Shown in pieces: positions 28,761 to 37,706 of a DNA stretch of 43,114 nucleotides (position 1 is the first letter of the stretch; each line of letters opens with the position of its first letter). The stretch comes from Pseudolabrys sp. (GTDB lineage: Bacteria > Pseudomonadota > Alphaproteobacteria > Rhizobiales > Xanthobacteraceae), in the NCBI GenBank assembly GCA_029945495.1, contig JAQSCR010000221.1:1-43114 (forward strand), read 5' to 3'. The translations under genes and the position numbers were made by a program. Under the pieces are notes generated by a model. That model saw nothing but the letters and a program-made list of their open reading frames with translations. It made no database searches and was not told where the DNA came from.

Positions 28761-29006
28761 TAATTATTGTCACACCCCACGCACTGAAGCTGCAGTCGGC
28801 ATGCCCCCGGCGAACCAAGTCGGGGATCCATGGTTGCTATGGCATCATTACCGTTTTCAAGAGCGGTTCCTAGATTGCGAATGATTGACCCTCGTCAGCC
28901 GGTGCCCGCGTTGGCGGGCATGCCGTTAGGTGTTGCAAACGCAAGTGGTTAGCTTATTTAGACAGCTCGTGCCTCAATTAGAAGATACTCAGCCCAGTGG
29001 TGATTA

Positions 29007-29405
29007 ATGCCGAAAGGTCAAAAAACGCTTGGCCGCAAGATGCCAAACCCAATTGATATTGAAGTGGGCAAGCGCATTCGCGTTTATCGGCAGCAGGCGG
29101 GGCTGTCTCAGACCCAACTCGGCGACGCTCTCAAGCTGACCTTTCAACAGGTTCAAAAATATGAGAAGGGCGTAAACCGCGTTGCGCCAAGCCGGCTTGA
29201 AGTTATTGCGCGCGCATGTGGCGTCCCGGTGTCGGTATTTATGCCGAGCCTGGACGGGCAGAAAGACAAAGGTGGTCCGCTGCCGTTCGCCGAACTCCAA
29301 ATCCACGGCGCACAGGATTTGCTAGCCGCGTACGGTAAGATCAAGAACAGCAAGGTACGTGCTGCGCTTGTGGCTCTCGCTGACGAGATGGTCGGGCACG
29401 TTTGA
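29007..29405 (+). CDS. XRE-family HTH regulator
   Basis: PNPIDIEVGKRIR...GLSQTQLGDALKLTFQQVQKYEKGVNRV; LLAAYGKI. Confidence 0.9.
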   Translation: MPKGQKTLGRKMPNPIDIEVGKRIRVYRQQAGLSQTQLGDALKLTFQQVQKYEKGVNRVAPSRLEVIARACGVPVSVFMPSLDGQKDKGGPLPFAELQIHGAQDLLAAYGKIKNSKVRAALVALADEMVGHV

Positions 29406-29902
29406 GGTTTAGCGCACCGTTCGCGTATAGTAGCGGCGAGCTTTTCATCTATTTGCGTCGTCGAAACTGCGCCTGAGCCGCGCGGCGCGCCTCATGAATG
29501 CCCGGATGTCATTCGGCCGCTCCACGGTGGAAGGCACCTTGTCGACTGGTTGGAGACGGCTTCGGCCGGGTTGGTTGGCGGAGAAGGGATGTCCATCGCG
29601 TTTGCGTTTGGCGACCGATAAGGACTTGCGCGTGGCTTGGCTTCTATCGGCCAAGTCGATCGGCTCGATCCGATCTGATGCCGATATTTCCGAGCGGCGC
29701 ATTTACCGCGAAACCATTCCATGCAATTGCTCGATCGAAATTGAGTGACCATCGGCACGCTGCACGGCGCGGGCCGTCAGTATGCTGACCGAGCTCGACC
29801 GTGTTGATATCCGGCGCACTGCTGTTCTTCCATATGAGCGCCGACGCGGTAATCGAATGTCCAGATTTGATTTACGACAGGCACACGATAACGGATTGAT
29901 GT

Positions 29903-30712
29903 TCAGATAGGCGAGTTAGAGCTGAAGTTGGGTCTGCGCTTCTCACGAAGAGCCGAGATTCCCTCCCTAACATCGGGCCCCGAAAAGCCCATGAACTCCA
30001 TCCCCAACGAGGCATCAAAAATCGGCCCGGCAGCTCTCAGCCAGTTGTTGAGTGCGTATTTAGTGCCGCGTACTGCACCAGGCGATAGCTTGATGAGCTT
30101 CTGGCAAATGCCCATTGCTGTCTCGACGACTTTATCGTCGTCAACGCAGACGCTCGCAAGGCCGATGCGTTCCGCTTCCTCACCAGTCACGGTCTCGCAC
30201 AGCAGCAAGTAATATTTTGCTTTGGCCATGCCGCAGAGCAAGGGCCATATGATGGCGGCATGGTCGCCGGCGGCTACGCCGAGACGGGTATGACCGTCGA
30301 TGATTTTGGCGGTGCGGCCGACCACGACGATGTCGGAAACCATCGCTGCCGACAGGCCGGCGCCAACCGCGGGCCCCTGGATCGCGGCGACGATGGGCTT
30401 GGAGCAGTTGATTATATTGTACACGAGGTCGCGGGCTTCGCGCCAAGCGGTCATCCGCGCTTCGAAGTCAGTACTCATCTCTTCCAGCAGGCTTATATCG
30501 CCGCCGGCGGAATAGGTGCCACCATCGCCGCGCAACAATACGCAGGAAGTTTCGGGATCGGCGTCGATGTCGCGCCAGACGTCGGCAATCTCGCGATGGC
30601 CGTCGCGGTTAAGCGAATTCAGCTTGCCAGGATTGCTGATGATGACTTCGAGAATAGACGGCGCCGGACGATTGAACTTCAGCACTTTGTAGGCGTCGTA
30701 ATCCACTCGCAT
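29903..30712 (-). CDS. Crotonase-superfamily enzyme
   Basis: YSAGGD, KPIVAAIQGPAVGAG, DGHTRLGVAAGDH, GMAKAKYYLL, EGISALREKRRPNF. Confidence 0.92.
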   Translation of the reverse strand: MRVDYDAYKVLKFNRPAPSILEVIISNPGKLNSLNRDGHREIADVWRDIDADPETSCVLLRGDGGTYSAGGDISLLEEMSTDFEARMTAWREARDLVYNIINCSKPIVAAIQGPAVGAGLSAAMVSDIVVVGRTAKIIDGHTRLGVAAGDHAAIIWPLLCGMAKAKYYLLLCETVTGEEAERIGLASVCVDDDKVVETAMGICQKLIKLSPGAVRGTKYALNNWLRAAGPIFDASLGMEFMGFSGPDVREGISALREKRRPNFSSNSPI

Positions 30713-30765
30713 CGTCGGCTCCCGTTGTTCTCAGGAAAATTCTGGCAGCATAGCGCGTTGCGCTT

Positions 30766-32157
30766 CTAGGCGTCTTCGAGTTCGCGGCTGGCGACGGCGA
30801 TGGCAATCAGAGCCCCGACTGCGCGCGCCGGCGAGTCGAAGGTCGGAAAACCCTTCTCGCGGAACATTGCCAGTGCTTCTGGCGTCTGCTCGACGCTGCC
30901 GGTCCAGCACACGATCAGCGGCTTTTCCGTCAAATGCGCGGATTCGATCAGGTGGCGGGCGAAATCGAGATTTCGGGCAAAGGTCAGCACCACGATGACG
31001 GCGTCAATCGAATCATCGGCGACCGCGAGGTCGAGAATCTGGCGTAAATCGTTGGGTCGGCTGATGATGGCGCCGGTCAGATCGACCGGATTGCTGGCCG
31101 AACCGAAAAACGGCAAGTGCTTGGCGATCTTCTGCTGCAATCCGGGGTCGAACGGCAAGACCTGGAACTTGGCCATTTCGCAGAGCTCAGCGGTCTCCAC
31201 GCCGAGTCCGCCGGCGAGCGAGATCACGGCAATCCGGTCGCCTTGCAACGTTTTGCCCAGCGACAGCGCGGTCGCGGAGTCGACCGCATTCATGGTGTCA
31301 ATCGCCCGCACGATTCCCAGCTCGTCGAACACGCCTTCGACCACGCGATCGTCGCCGGCCAGGGCGCCGGTGTGCGACAGGGCCGCGCGCTGGCCGACGC
31401 TGCTGCGCCCGACCTTGTTTATGACTATGCGCTTTTTCCCGCGCATGGCGCGAGCCGCGGCAACGAAACGTTTCGCATCGCGGATCTGCTCGACATACAT
31501 CAGGACGACATCGCAGCTATCGTCATTGCCAAGCCATTCCAGTACGTCGCTCGCGGAAATGTCCGATTCGTTACCGGTGGTGATGACCGAATGGATGCCG
31601 CCGCCGTTGCGCGACAGGCGGTTGGCCATCATTCCGGAGATGGCGCCGGACTGCGATACAATCGCAATGCCGCCCGGCTTGAGGCCGATGAACATCGGAC
31701 TGAAGCTCAGCAGCAGATCGTTGCTGGGGAATACGATGCCCTCGCAGTTCGGGCCGAGCAGGCGCAGGCGCGATGTTGCCAGGAAAGTTTTCAGCGCCTT
31801 TTCATATTCGGCCCCGGCGCCGCCCGATTCTGCAAAGCCTGACGTAACGCCGATCACCGCGTGGGCGCCGTTGGCTTCGCATTGCTCCAGCACTCCCAGC
31901 ATCTGCGCCGCCGGCACGAAGCTGACCGCGACATCGACCGGGCCGCCGGCCTCGCTCAGGTCGCGGGCGACCGGAAGCCCGAGGATCTCGCCGCCGCGTG
32001 GGTTGATCGGGATGATTCGGCCGGAATACTTGCTTTCTTTCAATAGCTTGACAGCGAGATGACCGAGCTTGGTCGGGTCTTCCGAGGCCCCGAACAGCGC
32101 AATCGAACGGGGATTGGCGACGAGGCTCAACACTTCCTGAGTATCCCGGCGGGCCAT
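30766..32157 (-). CDS. ADP-forming acyl-CoA ligase alpha subunit (CoA-binding and ligase domains)
   Basis: NPRSIALFGAS, SGFAE, RLLGPNC, VSQSG, TGNESD, SHTGALAG phospho-His, NPVDLTG; no ATP-grasp domain; GAGG site before ATG 32157. Confidence 0.88.
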   Translation of the reverse strand: MARRDTQEVLSLVANPRSIALFGASEDPTKLGHLAVKLLKESKYSGRIIPINPRGGEILGLPVARDLSEAGGPVDVAVSFVPAAQMLGVLEQCEANGAHAVIGVTSGFAESGGAGAEYEKALKTFLATSRLRLLGPNCEGIVFPSNDLLLSFSPMFIGLKPGGIAIVSQSGAISGMMANRLSRNGGGIHSVITTGNESDISASDVLEWLGNDDSCDVVLMYVEQIRDAKRFVAAARAMRGKKRIVINKVGRSSVGQRAALSHTGALAGDDRVVEGVFDELGIVRAIDTMNAVDSATALSLGKTLQGDRIAVISLAGGLGVETAELCEMAKFQVLPFDPGLQQKIAKHLPFFGSASNPVDLTGAIISRPNDLRQILDLAVADDSIDAVIVVLTFARNLDFARHLIESAHLTEKPLIVCWTGSVEQTPEALAMFREKGFPTFDSPARAVGALIAIAVASRELEDA

Positions 32158-32175
32158 TGGCAACCTCATTAATTG

Positions 32176-32191
32176 TCGACTATTCGGTCGA
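32176..32191. promoter_or_regulatory. Probable TetR operator, degenerate copy
   Basis: tCGACtattCGGTCGa versus CCGACCG-N2-CGGTCGG; just upstream of the alpha-ligase start. Confidence 0.5.
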
Positions 32192-32283
32192 TTACGATTA
32201 GCTATTAGAACAGAAAGCGGGCCCAATTCGCAGCCATTTGCGGGCAACTGATGGAAAGTTCGCCGAAGTGGCAGAAAATACGA

Positions 32284-32299
32284 CCGACCGTCCAGTCGG
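32284..32299. promoter_or_regulatory. Probable TetR operator
   Basis: CCGACCGtcCaGTCGG, one mismatch from the palindrome; upstream of tetR. Confidence 0.65.
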
Positions 32300-32353
32300 G
32301 ATAACATCCAAGGTCAGATCACACAAGATGACACAAAAGACGAGCGCTAGAAT

Positions 32354-32947
32354 ATGAAACGACCCCACAACGGCAGTGAGGGAGTGCAGCGGTTTCGCAT
32401 TTTGGAGAGCTCAGCCCGTCTGTTCGCCCACCAGGGTTTTGAAGGCACGTCGCTCAACGAGATCGCCGAGGAAGTCAGCCTGTCCAAGGCCACGATCTAT
32501 CATTATTTCGCCAGCAAGGAGGAGATCTACAGTGAGATTATCCTCGATACGCTAGAGCGGCTGCTGTCCTTCGTTAAGGAATCGGTCGACCGTAACGGTA
32601 CGGCTTCACGGCGCCTGGTGGCCGCCATGGAGGCCCACGGTCAGTTCTTCGAGGATAATTTTTGGGCCTTTACAGCAATGCTAATTGGCTTTGGCGGCAT
32701 TCGCGAACTCAACCGCCGCGCCCGCGCGGTGGCCTTACGCGACAGCTATGAGGAGCTTCTCCGCGACGTCGTCAAAGCCGGCATCGAGGCCGGCGAATTC
32801 CGAAAAGCCGATCCGGTCATAGCGGCGCGGGCAATTCTGTCGATGCTCAACTGGATGGCGCGCTGGTACAAGCCCGGCGGACCGAAAAGGGCGCGCGAGT
32901 TCGCGCAGGAATACGCAAGCCTCATCATGCAAGGGCTGTGCGTGTAG
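32354..32947 (+). CDS. TetR-family regulator (KstR2/PaaR-like)
   Basis: ILESSARLFAHQGFEGTSLNEIAEEVSLSKATIYHYFASKEEI; ILSMLNWMARWYKPGG C-terminus. Confidence 0.94.
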   Translation: MKRPHNGSEGVQRFRILESSARLFAHQGFEGTSLNEIAEEVSLSKATIYHYFASKEEIYSEIILDTLERLLSFVKESVDRNGTASRRLVAAMEAHGQFFEDNFWAFTAMLIGFGGIRELNRRARAVALRDSYEELLRDVVKAGIEAGEFRKADPVIAARAILSMLNWMARWYKPGGPKRAREFAQEYASLIMQGLCV

Positions 32948-33033
32948 CGGGCCGCGCCAGGGCATTAAAAGACAATTCCAGAACTTCTCCCGCCGGTTTG
33001 CTCTTGATCGGGCAGCCGACCTCTGTTTAGCTA

Positions 33034-33049
33034 CCGACCGGACGGTCGG
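33034..33049. promoter_or_regulatory. Probable TetR operator, perfect palindrome
   Basis: CCGACCGgaCGGTCGG upstream of the TAXI operon. Confidence 0.7.
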
Positions 33050-33082
33050 GAACAGGGCCGCCGCCATTTGGGAGAAATGCCT

Positions 33083-34045
33083 ATGACCAGGACCAAGAAA
33101 CTTGCTGCGCGAGCTTTTGCCTTCGGCGCCTTTTTGGCGCTCGCGGTGGCGCCAGCGTCGGCGCAAAAATCCTCGATTACGCTCGGTTCGACCAATTCTA
33201 CGTCCAGCCATTATGCCGTCGCCGTGGCGATGTCGAAGGCGATCAAGGCCGGTATGCCGAGCGCAAACGTATCGGTGATCGAAACCGGCGCCAGCGTCGA
33301 CAACACCCGGCGCCTGACGCGCAATGAAATTGACCTCGGTCTGATTGCGGTCGACACCGGCATTCAGGCCATCAACGGCACGGGGCCGTTCAAGGACAAA
33401 GCGGTTACCGATCTGGTCTCGGTCTATGCCTATGACGTGTCGGTACTGAATATCGCGGTGCGCGCCGACTCCGGCGTGACCAATGTTTCCGAACTCCAAG
33501 GCAAGAAGTTCAATGCCGGCATCCGCGGCAGCGGCGCCGAGGTGCTGACCCGCGAATCCTTCTCGATCCTCGGCATCGAGCCGGTTTGGACCCCCGGCAC
33601 GGTGCAGGACGCATCCGAAGGCATCCAAAACCGCCAGATTGTCGGCTACGCCAAATACGGACCCGGCACCGGCATCGACGCAACGCTCCGCGAACTGCTG
33701 ACCTCCACGGAAATGCGCCTGATCGGTTTCGATAAGGCCCAGCAGGAGAAGGTACTCGCCAAGGTCAAGGGCGTCGGTTTTACGACGGTCAGTGAAAACA
33801 TCATCCCCGGCCAAAAGGCGGTTGACGTACCGGTGGTGCCGATTGTCTACGCGACGCGTCTTGCGGTGATGGACGATCAGACGGCCTACAACGTGGCCAA
33901 GTCGATCTACGAGAACCGCCAGACGCTTATCGACACCTGGCCGCATCTGAAGAATTTCAACTTCAAGCAGCAGGCGCTGCTCGCCGACAAGCTCGGCTTC
34001 CCGCTGCACCCTGGCGCCAAGCGTTTCTGGGAATCGCTGCCTTAG
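33083..34045 (+). CDS. TAXI-family TRAP solute-binding protein
   Basis: Signal peptide, ETGASVDN, LQGKKFNAGIRGSG, PLHPGAKRFW; start 33083 or 33077. Confidence 0.92.
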   Translation: MTRTKKLAARAFAFGAFLALAVAPASAQKSSITLGSTNSTSSHYAVAVAMSKAIKAGMPSANVSVIETGASVDNTRRLTRNEIDLGLIAVDTGIQAINGTGPFKDKAVTDLVSVYAYDVSVLNIAVRADSGVTNVSELQGKKFNAGIRGSGAEVLTRESFSILGIEPVWTPGTVQDASEGIQNRQIVGYAKYGPGTGIDATLRELLTSTEMRLIGFDKAQQEKVLAKVKGVGFTTVSENIIPGQKAVDVPVVPIVYATRLAVMDDQTAYNVAKSIYENRQTLIDTWPHLKNFNFKQQALLADKLGFPLHPGAKRFWESLP

Positions 34046-34054
34046 TCGCCACGG

Positions 34055-36019
34055 ATGGAGTTGGCTACAATGTCCCACAGCGAAGAAGCGCCTGCCGCCA
34101 CAGGATGGCTGCCCGCGTCGATGAACATCGCGCTGGCTGCCTTCGCAGTCTTCCATATCTACACTGCGCTGCTGGGCTCCTTCGATCCACTGATCCAACG
34201 CGGCATCTTTATCGGGTGCGGCGTTGGGTTCATCTTCCTCCGTCAGTTGCAAGCGTCGAATCTCGTATGGTCATGGCGTCTGGGACTCAATGTCGCGGCC
34301 GGTCTGGCCGCGGTCTATGCCGGGCTGCATGTTGCCGCGAATGATACCCGGCTGATGGACATCATGAGCGACATGACGCCGCTCGATAATGCGCTTGCGG
34401 TCGTGATGATCGTTCTCGTGCTGGAGGCGGCGCGCCGTACCATTGGCGCCTCGCTGCCGATCATGGCGTCCCTGGCCCTGATTGTTTACCTGTTCGGCAA
34501 CAGTCTGATCTCGGGCGGTTGGCAGCCGCCGCGCACGTCGCTGGAAACGGCGCTTATGACGATGTACGGTTCGACAAACGGCATGTTCGGCTTCATGGCC
34601 GACATCGGCACCCGGGTCATCGCGATCTTTGTGGTTTTTGGCTCGCTTTTGATCGCGCTTGGCGCGGGCGATGTCTTCATGCGCGCGGCCGCGCTAATTG
34701 CCGGGCGTAGTTACGGCGGCCCGGCAAAGGTCGCCGTCGTCACATCGGCCCTGTTCGGCACCGTTTCCGGCTCTGCCGTCGCCAACGTCATGTCGGTGGG
34801 CTCGATTACCATTCCGATGATGATCCGCGCCGGTTACCGCAAAGATTTCGCGGCCGGCGTCGAAGCGAGCGCTTCGGCCGGCGGCCAGATTATGCCCCCT
34901 GTCATGGGCGCGGGCGCTTTCATCATGGCCGAACTGCTCAACATTCCTTACGCAACGATTGCGGTAGCGGCCGTCCTTCCCGCGATCCTGTATTTCGCCG
35001 CGATCTATTTCAGCGTCGACAATTTTGCGCGGGCGACGAATTTGCGGCCGATCGACCGCGAGCTTATGCCAAAATTTCGCGACGTCCTTCTCGACCGCAA
35101 CACCCTCGTCGCCTTCGGGCCGCTGCTAACGCTGGCCTACCTTCTTTTCCAGAATTATACGCCGACGCTCGCCGGCGCGATCGCGACTTTCGTGCTGGTC
35201 GGGCTCGCCGCGGCCACACGCACTTTCTATAGCCTGTGGGAAGGGCGCTCGATCGAGCTCGGCGCCGAAATGAAAACCTGGGCGCGGCAGGTCTGGAGAG
35301 GTCTGGTTGACGGCGGTTCCGGCCTGATCGTCATCGCCGCGTTGCTGGCTTGCGCCAGCATCCTGGTGACCGTCCTCAATGCGACCGGAATCGGGGTGAA
35401 GTTTTCGCAGCTCCTGCTGGGGCTGACCGGCGAGCACCTGTTCGTGGTGCTGATCATCTCGGCGGTCTTATGCGCGCTGCTCGGCATGGACGTGCCGACG
35501 ACCGCCTCATACATTCTCACCGCGTCGGTCGCGGCGCCGCTGCTGATCAAGCTGGGCCTTGCGCCGCTCACTGCGCATCTCTTCATCTTCTACTTCGCCA
35601 TTCTGTCGGCGTTGACGCCGCCGGTTTGCGCATCGGTCTATGCCGCGGCGACCCTGGTAAATGAAAATTTCTGGAAGGTCGCCGGCCAGGCGCTGCGCAT
35701 CGCCGGTGGGGTTTACTTCATACCGTTTCTCTTCATCTACCGGCCGGAACTTCTGATGGCCGGCTCGGTGACGGCGATCGTCTACAATTTTGCCGTTGCG
35801 CTGATGGCGATCGCGGCGATCAGCGGCGCATCCATCGGCTATTTCTTCGGGCCGCTGGCTTGGTACATGCGGCTCTATCTCTACATCGCGAGCTTCACGC
35901 TGTTCTACCCGAGTTGGACATCCGACGTGCTTGGCGTTTGCCTGGTCGGCGGTCTGGTGGCCGCGCGCCTCGTCAGATCTCAGCGTGTTGCGGTTCCTCT
36001 GAAAGTGAACGAGCCATAA
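34055..36019 (+). CDS. TRAP transporter fused 4TM/12TM permease
   Basis: LEAARRTIG, GGPAKVAVVTSALFGTVSGSAVANV, EASASAGGQIMPPVMGAGAFIMAE, LGMDVPTTASY, TPPVC. Confidence 0.94.
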   Translation: MELATMSHSEEAPAATGWLPASMNIALAAFAVFHIYTALLGSFDPLIQRGIFIGCGVGFIFLRQLQASNLVWSWRLGLNVAAGLAAVYAGLHVAANDTRLMDIMSDMTPLDNALAVVMIVLVLEAARRTIGASLPIMASLALIVYLFGNSLISGGWQPPRTSLETALMTMYGSTNGMFGFMADIGTRVIAIFVVFGSLLIALGAGDVFMRAAALIAGRSYGGPAKVAVVTSALFGTVSGSAVANVMSVGSITIPMMIRAGYRKDFAAGVEASASAGGQIMPPVMGAGAFIMAELLNIPYATIAVAAVLPAILYFAAIYFSVDNFARATNLRPIDRELMPKFRDVLLDRNTLVAFGPLLTLAYLLFQNYTPTLAGAIATFVLVGLAAATRTFYSLWEGRSIELGAEMKTWARQVWRGLVDGGSGLIVIAALLACASILVTVLNATGIGVKFSQLLLGLTGEHLFVVLIISAVLCALLGMDVPTTASYILTASVAAPLLIKLGLAPLTAHLFIFYFAILSALTPPVCASVYAAATLVNENFWKVAGQALRIAGGVYFIPFLFIYRPELLMAGSVTAIVYNFAVALMAIAAISGASIGYFFGPLAWYMRLYLYIASFTLFYPSWTSDVLGVCLVGGLVAARLVRSQRVAVPLKVNEP

Positions 36020-37395
36020 TGCCGAACACCCTTAAGAATACCTCCGTCCGGCTCGGTTGCGGCGCCGGATTCTGGGGCGATGCATTTGATCCGGCCCTGG
36101 AGCTCGCCGAGCGCGGCAACTTGGACTTTCTCTGCTTCGATTTTCTCGCAGAGTTGACGATGTCGTTGCTGCAACGGGTGCGGGCGAAAGATCCCGGCCA
36201 GGGTTACGTGCCCGACATGGTCAATTGGTTTGCCGACTTGGCTGCGCCGGCCAAAATGTCGGGCACGACGCTCGTCTGCAATGGCGGCGGCGTCAATCCG
36301 CGCGCCGGAGCCGAGGCATTGGCCAAAGCCTTGCAAGCCAAAGGCATCGCCGGGCGCAAGATTGGCGTCGTCGCCGGTGACGATGTCCTCGGGCGTCTCC
36401 AGGCGTTCCGGGACGCCGGCGTGAAACTCACGCATATGCGCACCGGCGAGGATGGCTTCGACCGGATAAAGTCGAAAGTGGTCAGCGCCAACGTCTATCT
36501 GGGCAGCGATGGCATCATCGAGGCACTGGAGGGCGGCTCGGAGATCGTCGTGACCGGCCGCGTCACCGACAGCGCCCTGTTCATCGGCCCGGCGATGTAT
36601 CGTCTGGGTTGGGGGTTCGACCAGCCGGACCGCATCGCCAGCGCCATCACCGTCGGCCACATTCTCGAATGCGCGGCCGGCTGCACCGGCGGCATGTCCT
36701 CGCGGTTCGACCAGATGCCGCGCATGGGCGAAGTTGGCTTCCCCATCGCCGAGATTTCCGGCGACGGCACCGCGACCATCTCCAAGCTGCCGGGCAGCGG
36801 CGGCCACGTCGATCAATTCACGGTCAAAGAGCATCTGGTCTATGAGATCGGCGACCCGCGCAGTTATTTCACGCCGGACGGCGTCGCGGATTTTACCACG
36901 CCGCATATCGAAGAGACCGGCGCCGACGTCGTGCGCGTCACCGGCATGCGCGGCAAAGCGCGGCCGGACAGCTTGAAGCTGCTGATCGGTTACAGCGACG
37001 GCTGGATCGGCGAGGGGCTGTTGATGTTCCCGTGGCCGAACGCCCATGCCCGCGCCCGCAAGGCCGAAGAGACGCTGCGCGAGCGCTTCAAGCGACTTGG
37101 TCTTTTATCATCGGCGATCAGCTTCAATTATATCGGGCTCAATATGTTGCATGGACCTGCGGCGCCGATGCCCGCTTCCGACAATCTCAACGAAGTCGGC
37201 CTGCGCGTCGCGGTCAAAACCGCATCGCGCGACGAGGCTGAAAAAGTTCGCCGCGCCTGCTCGCAGCTCTGGATCATGGGGCCGGGCGGCACCTCGTTCG
37301 GCGCGCCGATGAAGCCGCGGCCGACGATCGCGCTGTGGCCGACGCTGGTGCCGCGCGATCTGGTTTCTCATTCGGTGGAGTACATCACCTCATGA
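36019..37395 (+). CDS. Acyclic terpene utilization AtuA-family protein
   Basis: RLGCGAGFWGD, FDFLAELTM, NGGGVNP, SANVYLG, VVTGRVTD, GHILECA, VKEHLVYEIGDP; TAATG coupling to the permease. Confidence 0.9.
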   Translation: MPNTLKNTSVRLGCGAGFWGDAFDPALELAERGNLDFLCFDFLAELTMSLLQRVRAKDPGQGYVPDMVNWFADLAAPAKMSGTTLVCNGGGVNPRAGAEALAKALQAKGIAGRKIGVVAGDDVLGRLQAFRDAGVKLTHMRTGEDGFDRIKSKVVSANVYLGSDGIIEALEGGSEIVVTGRVTDSALFIGPAMYRLGWGFDQPDRIASAITVGHILECAAGCTGGMSSRFDQMPRMGEVGFPIAEISGDGTATISKLPGSGGHVDQFTVKEHLVYEIGDPRSYFTPDGVADFTTPHIEETGADVVRVTGMRGKARPDSLKLLIGYSDGWIGEGLLMFPWPNAHARARKAEETLRERFKRLGLLSSAISFNYIGLNMLHGPAAPMPASDNLNEVGLRVAVKTASRDEAEKVRRACSQLWIMGPGGTSFGAPMKPRPTIALWPTLVPRDLVSHSVEYITS

Positions 37396-37706
37396 CGCGT
37401 TCTCTGGTCGACATTGCCTATGTACGCGCCGGCGATAAAGGCGATTCCGTATCGGTTGGCGTGCTGGCCAAATCGCCGGAATATTATGCGCAGGTCATCG
37501 CCAGCGTGACGCCGAAGACGGTGGCCGCGCTGTACGGCGATTGGATCCAAGGCAAGATCGAAGTCTTCCCGATGCCAAATATCGATGGTTGCCTGGTGCT
37601 GATGCACGATGCGCTCGGCGGAAGCGCCACCAACACCTTACGGTTCGATCAGACGGCGAAATCGCTGGGGACAGCGATCCTTCGGTTGTCGGCAATCGCG
37701 CCATGA
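37392..37706 (+). CDS. Small AtuA-associated protein (AtuA C-terminal-like domain)
   Basis: LVDIAYVRAGDKGD...ALGGSATNTLRFDQTAKSLG; ATGA overlaps on both sides. Confidence 0.82.
   Translation: MTRSLVDIAYVRAGDKGDSVSVGVLAKSPEYYAQVIASVTPKTVAALYGDWIQGKIEVFPMPNIDGCLVLMHDALGGSATNTLRFDQTAKSLGTAILRLSAIAP

Noticed and set aside
28770-29000. Search for a tRNA or tmRNA attachment site near the phased repeat
   Set aside because: No T-loop (GTTCRA) cloverleaf or CCA-ending acceptor stem could be built
29445-29880. Overlapping 84-96 aa ORFs between the XRE and crotonase genes
   Set aside because: No recognisable motif or clear ribosome-binding site in any frame; left unannotated
30800-32062. 420-aa plus-strand ORF
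   Set aside because: Antisense to the acyl-CoA ligase alpha gene; Ser/Pro/Arg-rich with no motifs
32735-34252. 505-aa minus-strand ORF
   Set aside because: Antisense to tetR, TAXI and permease genes; no recognisable domain
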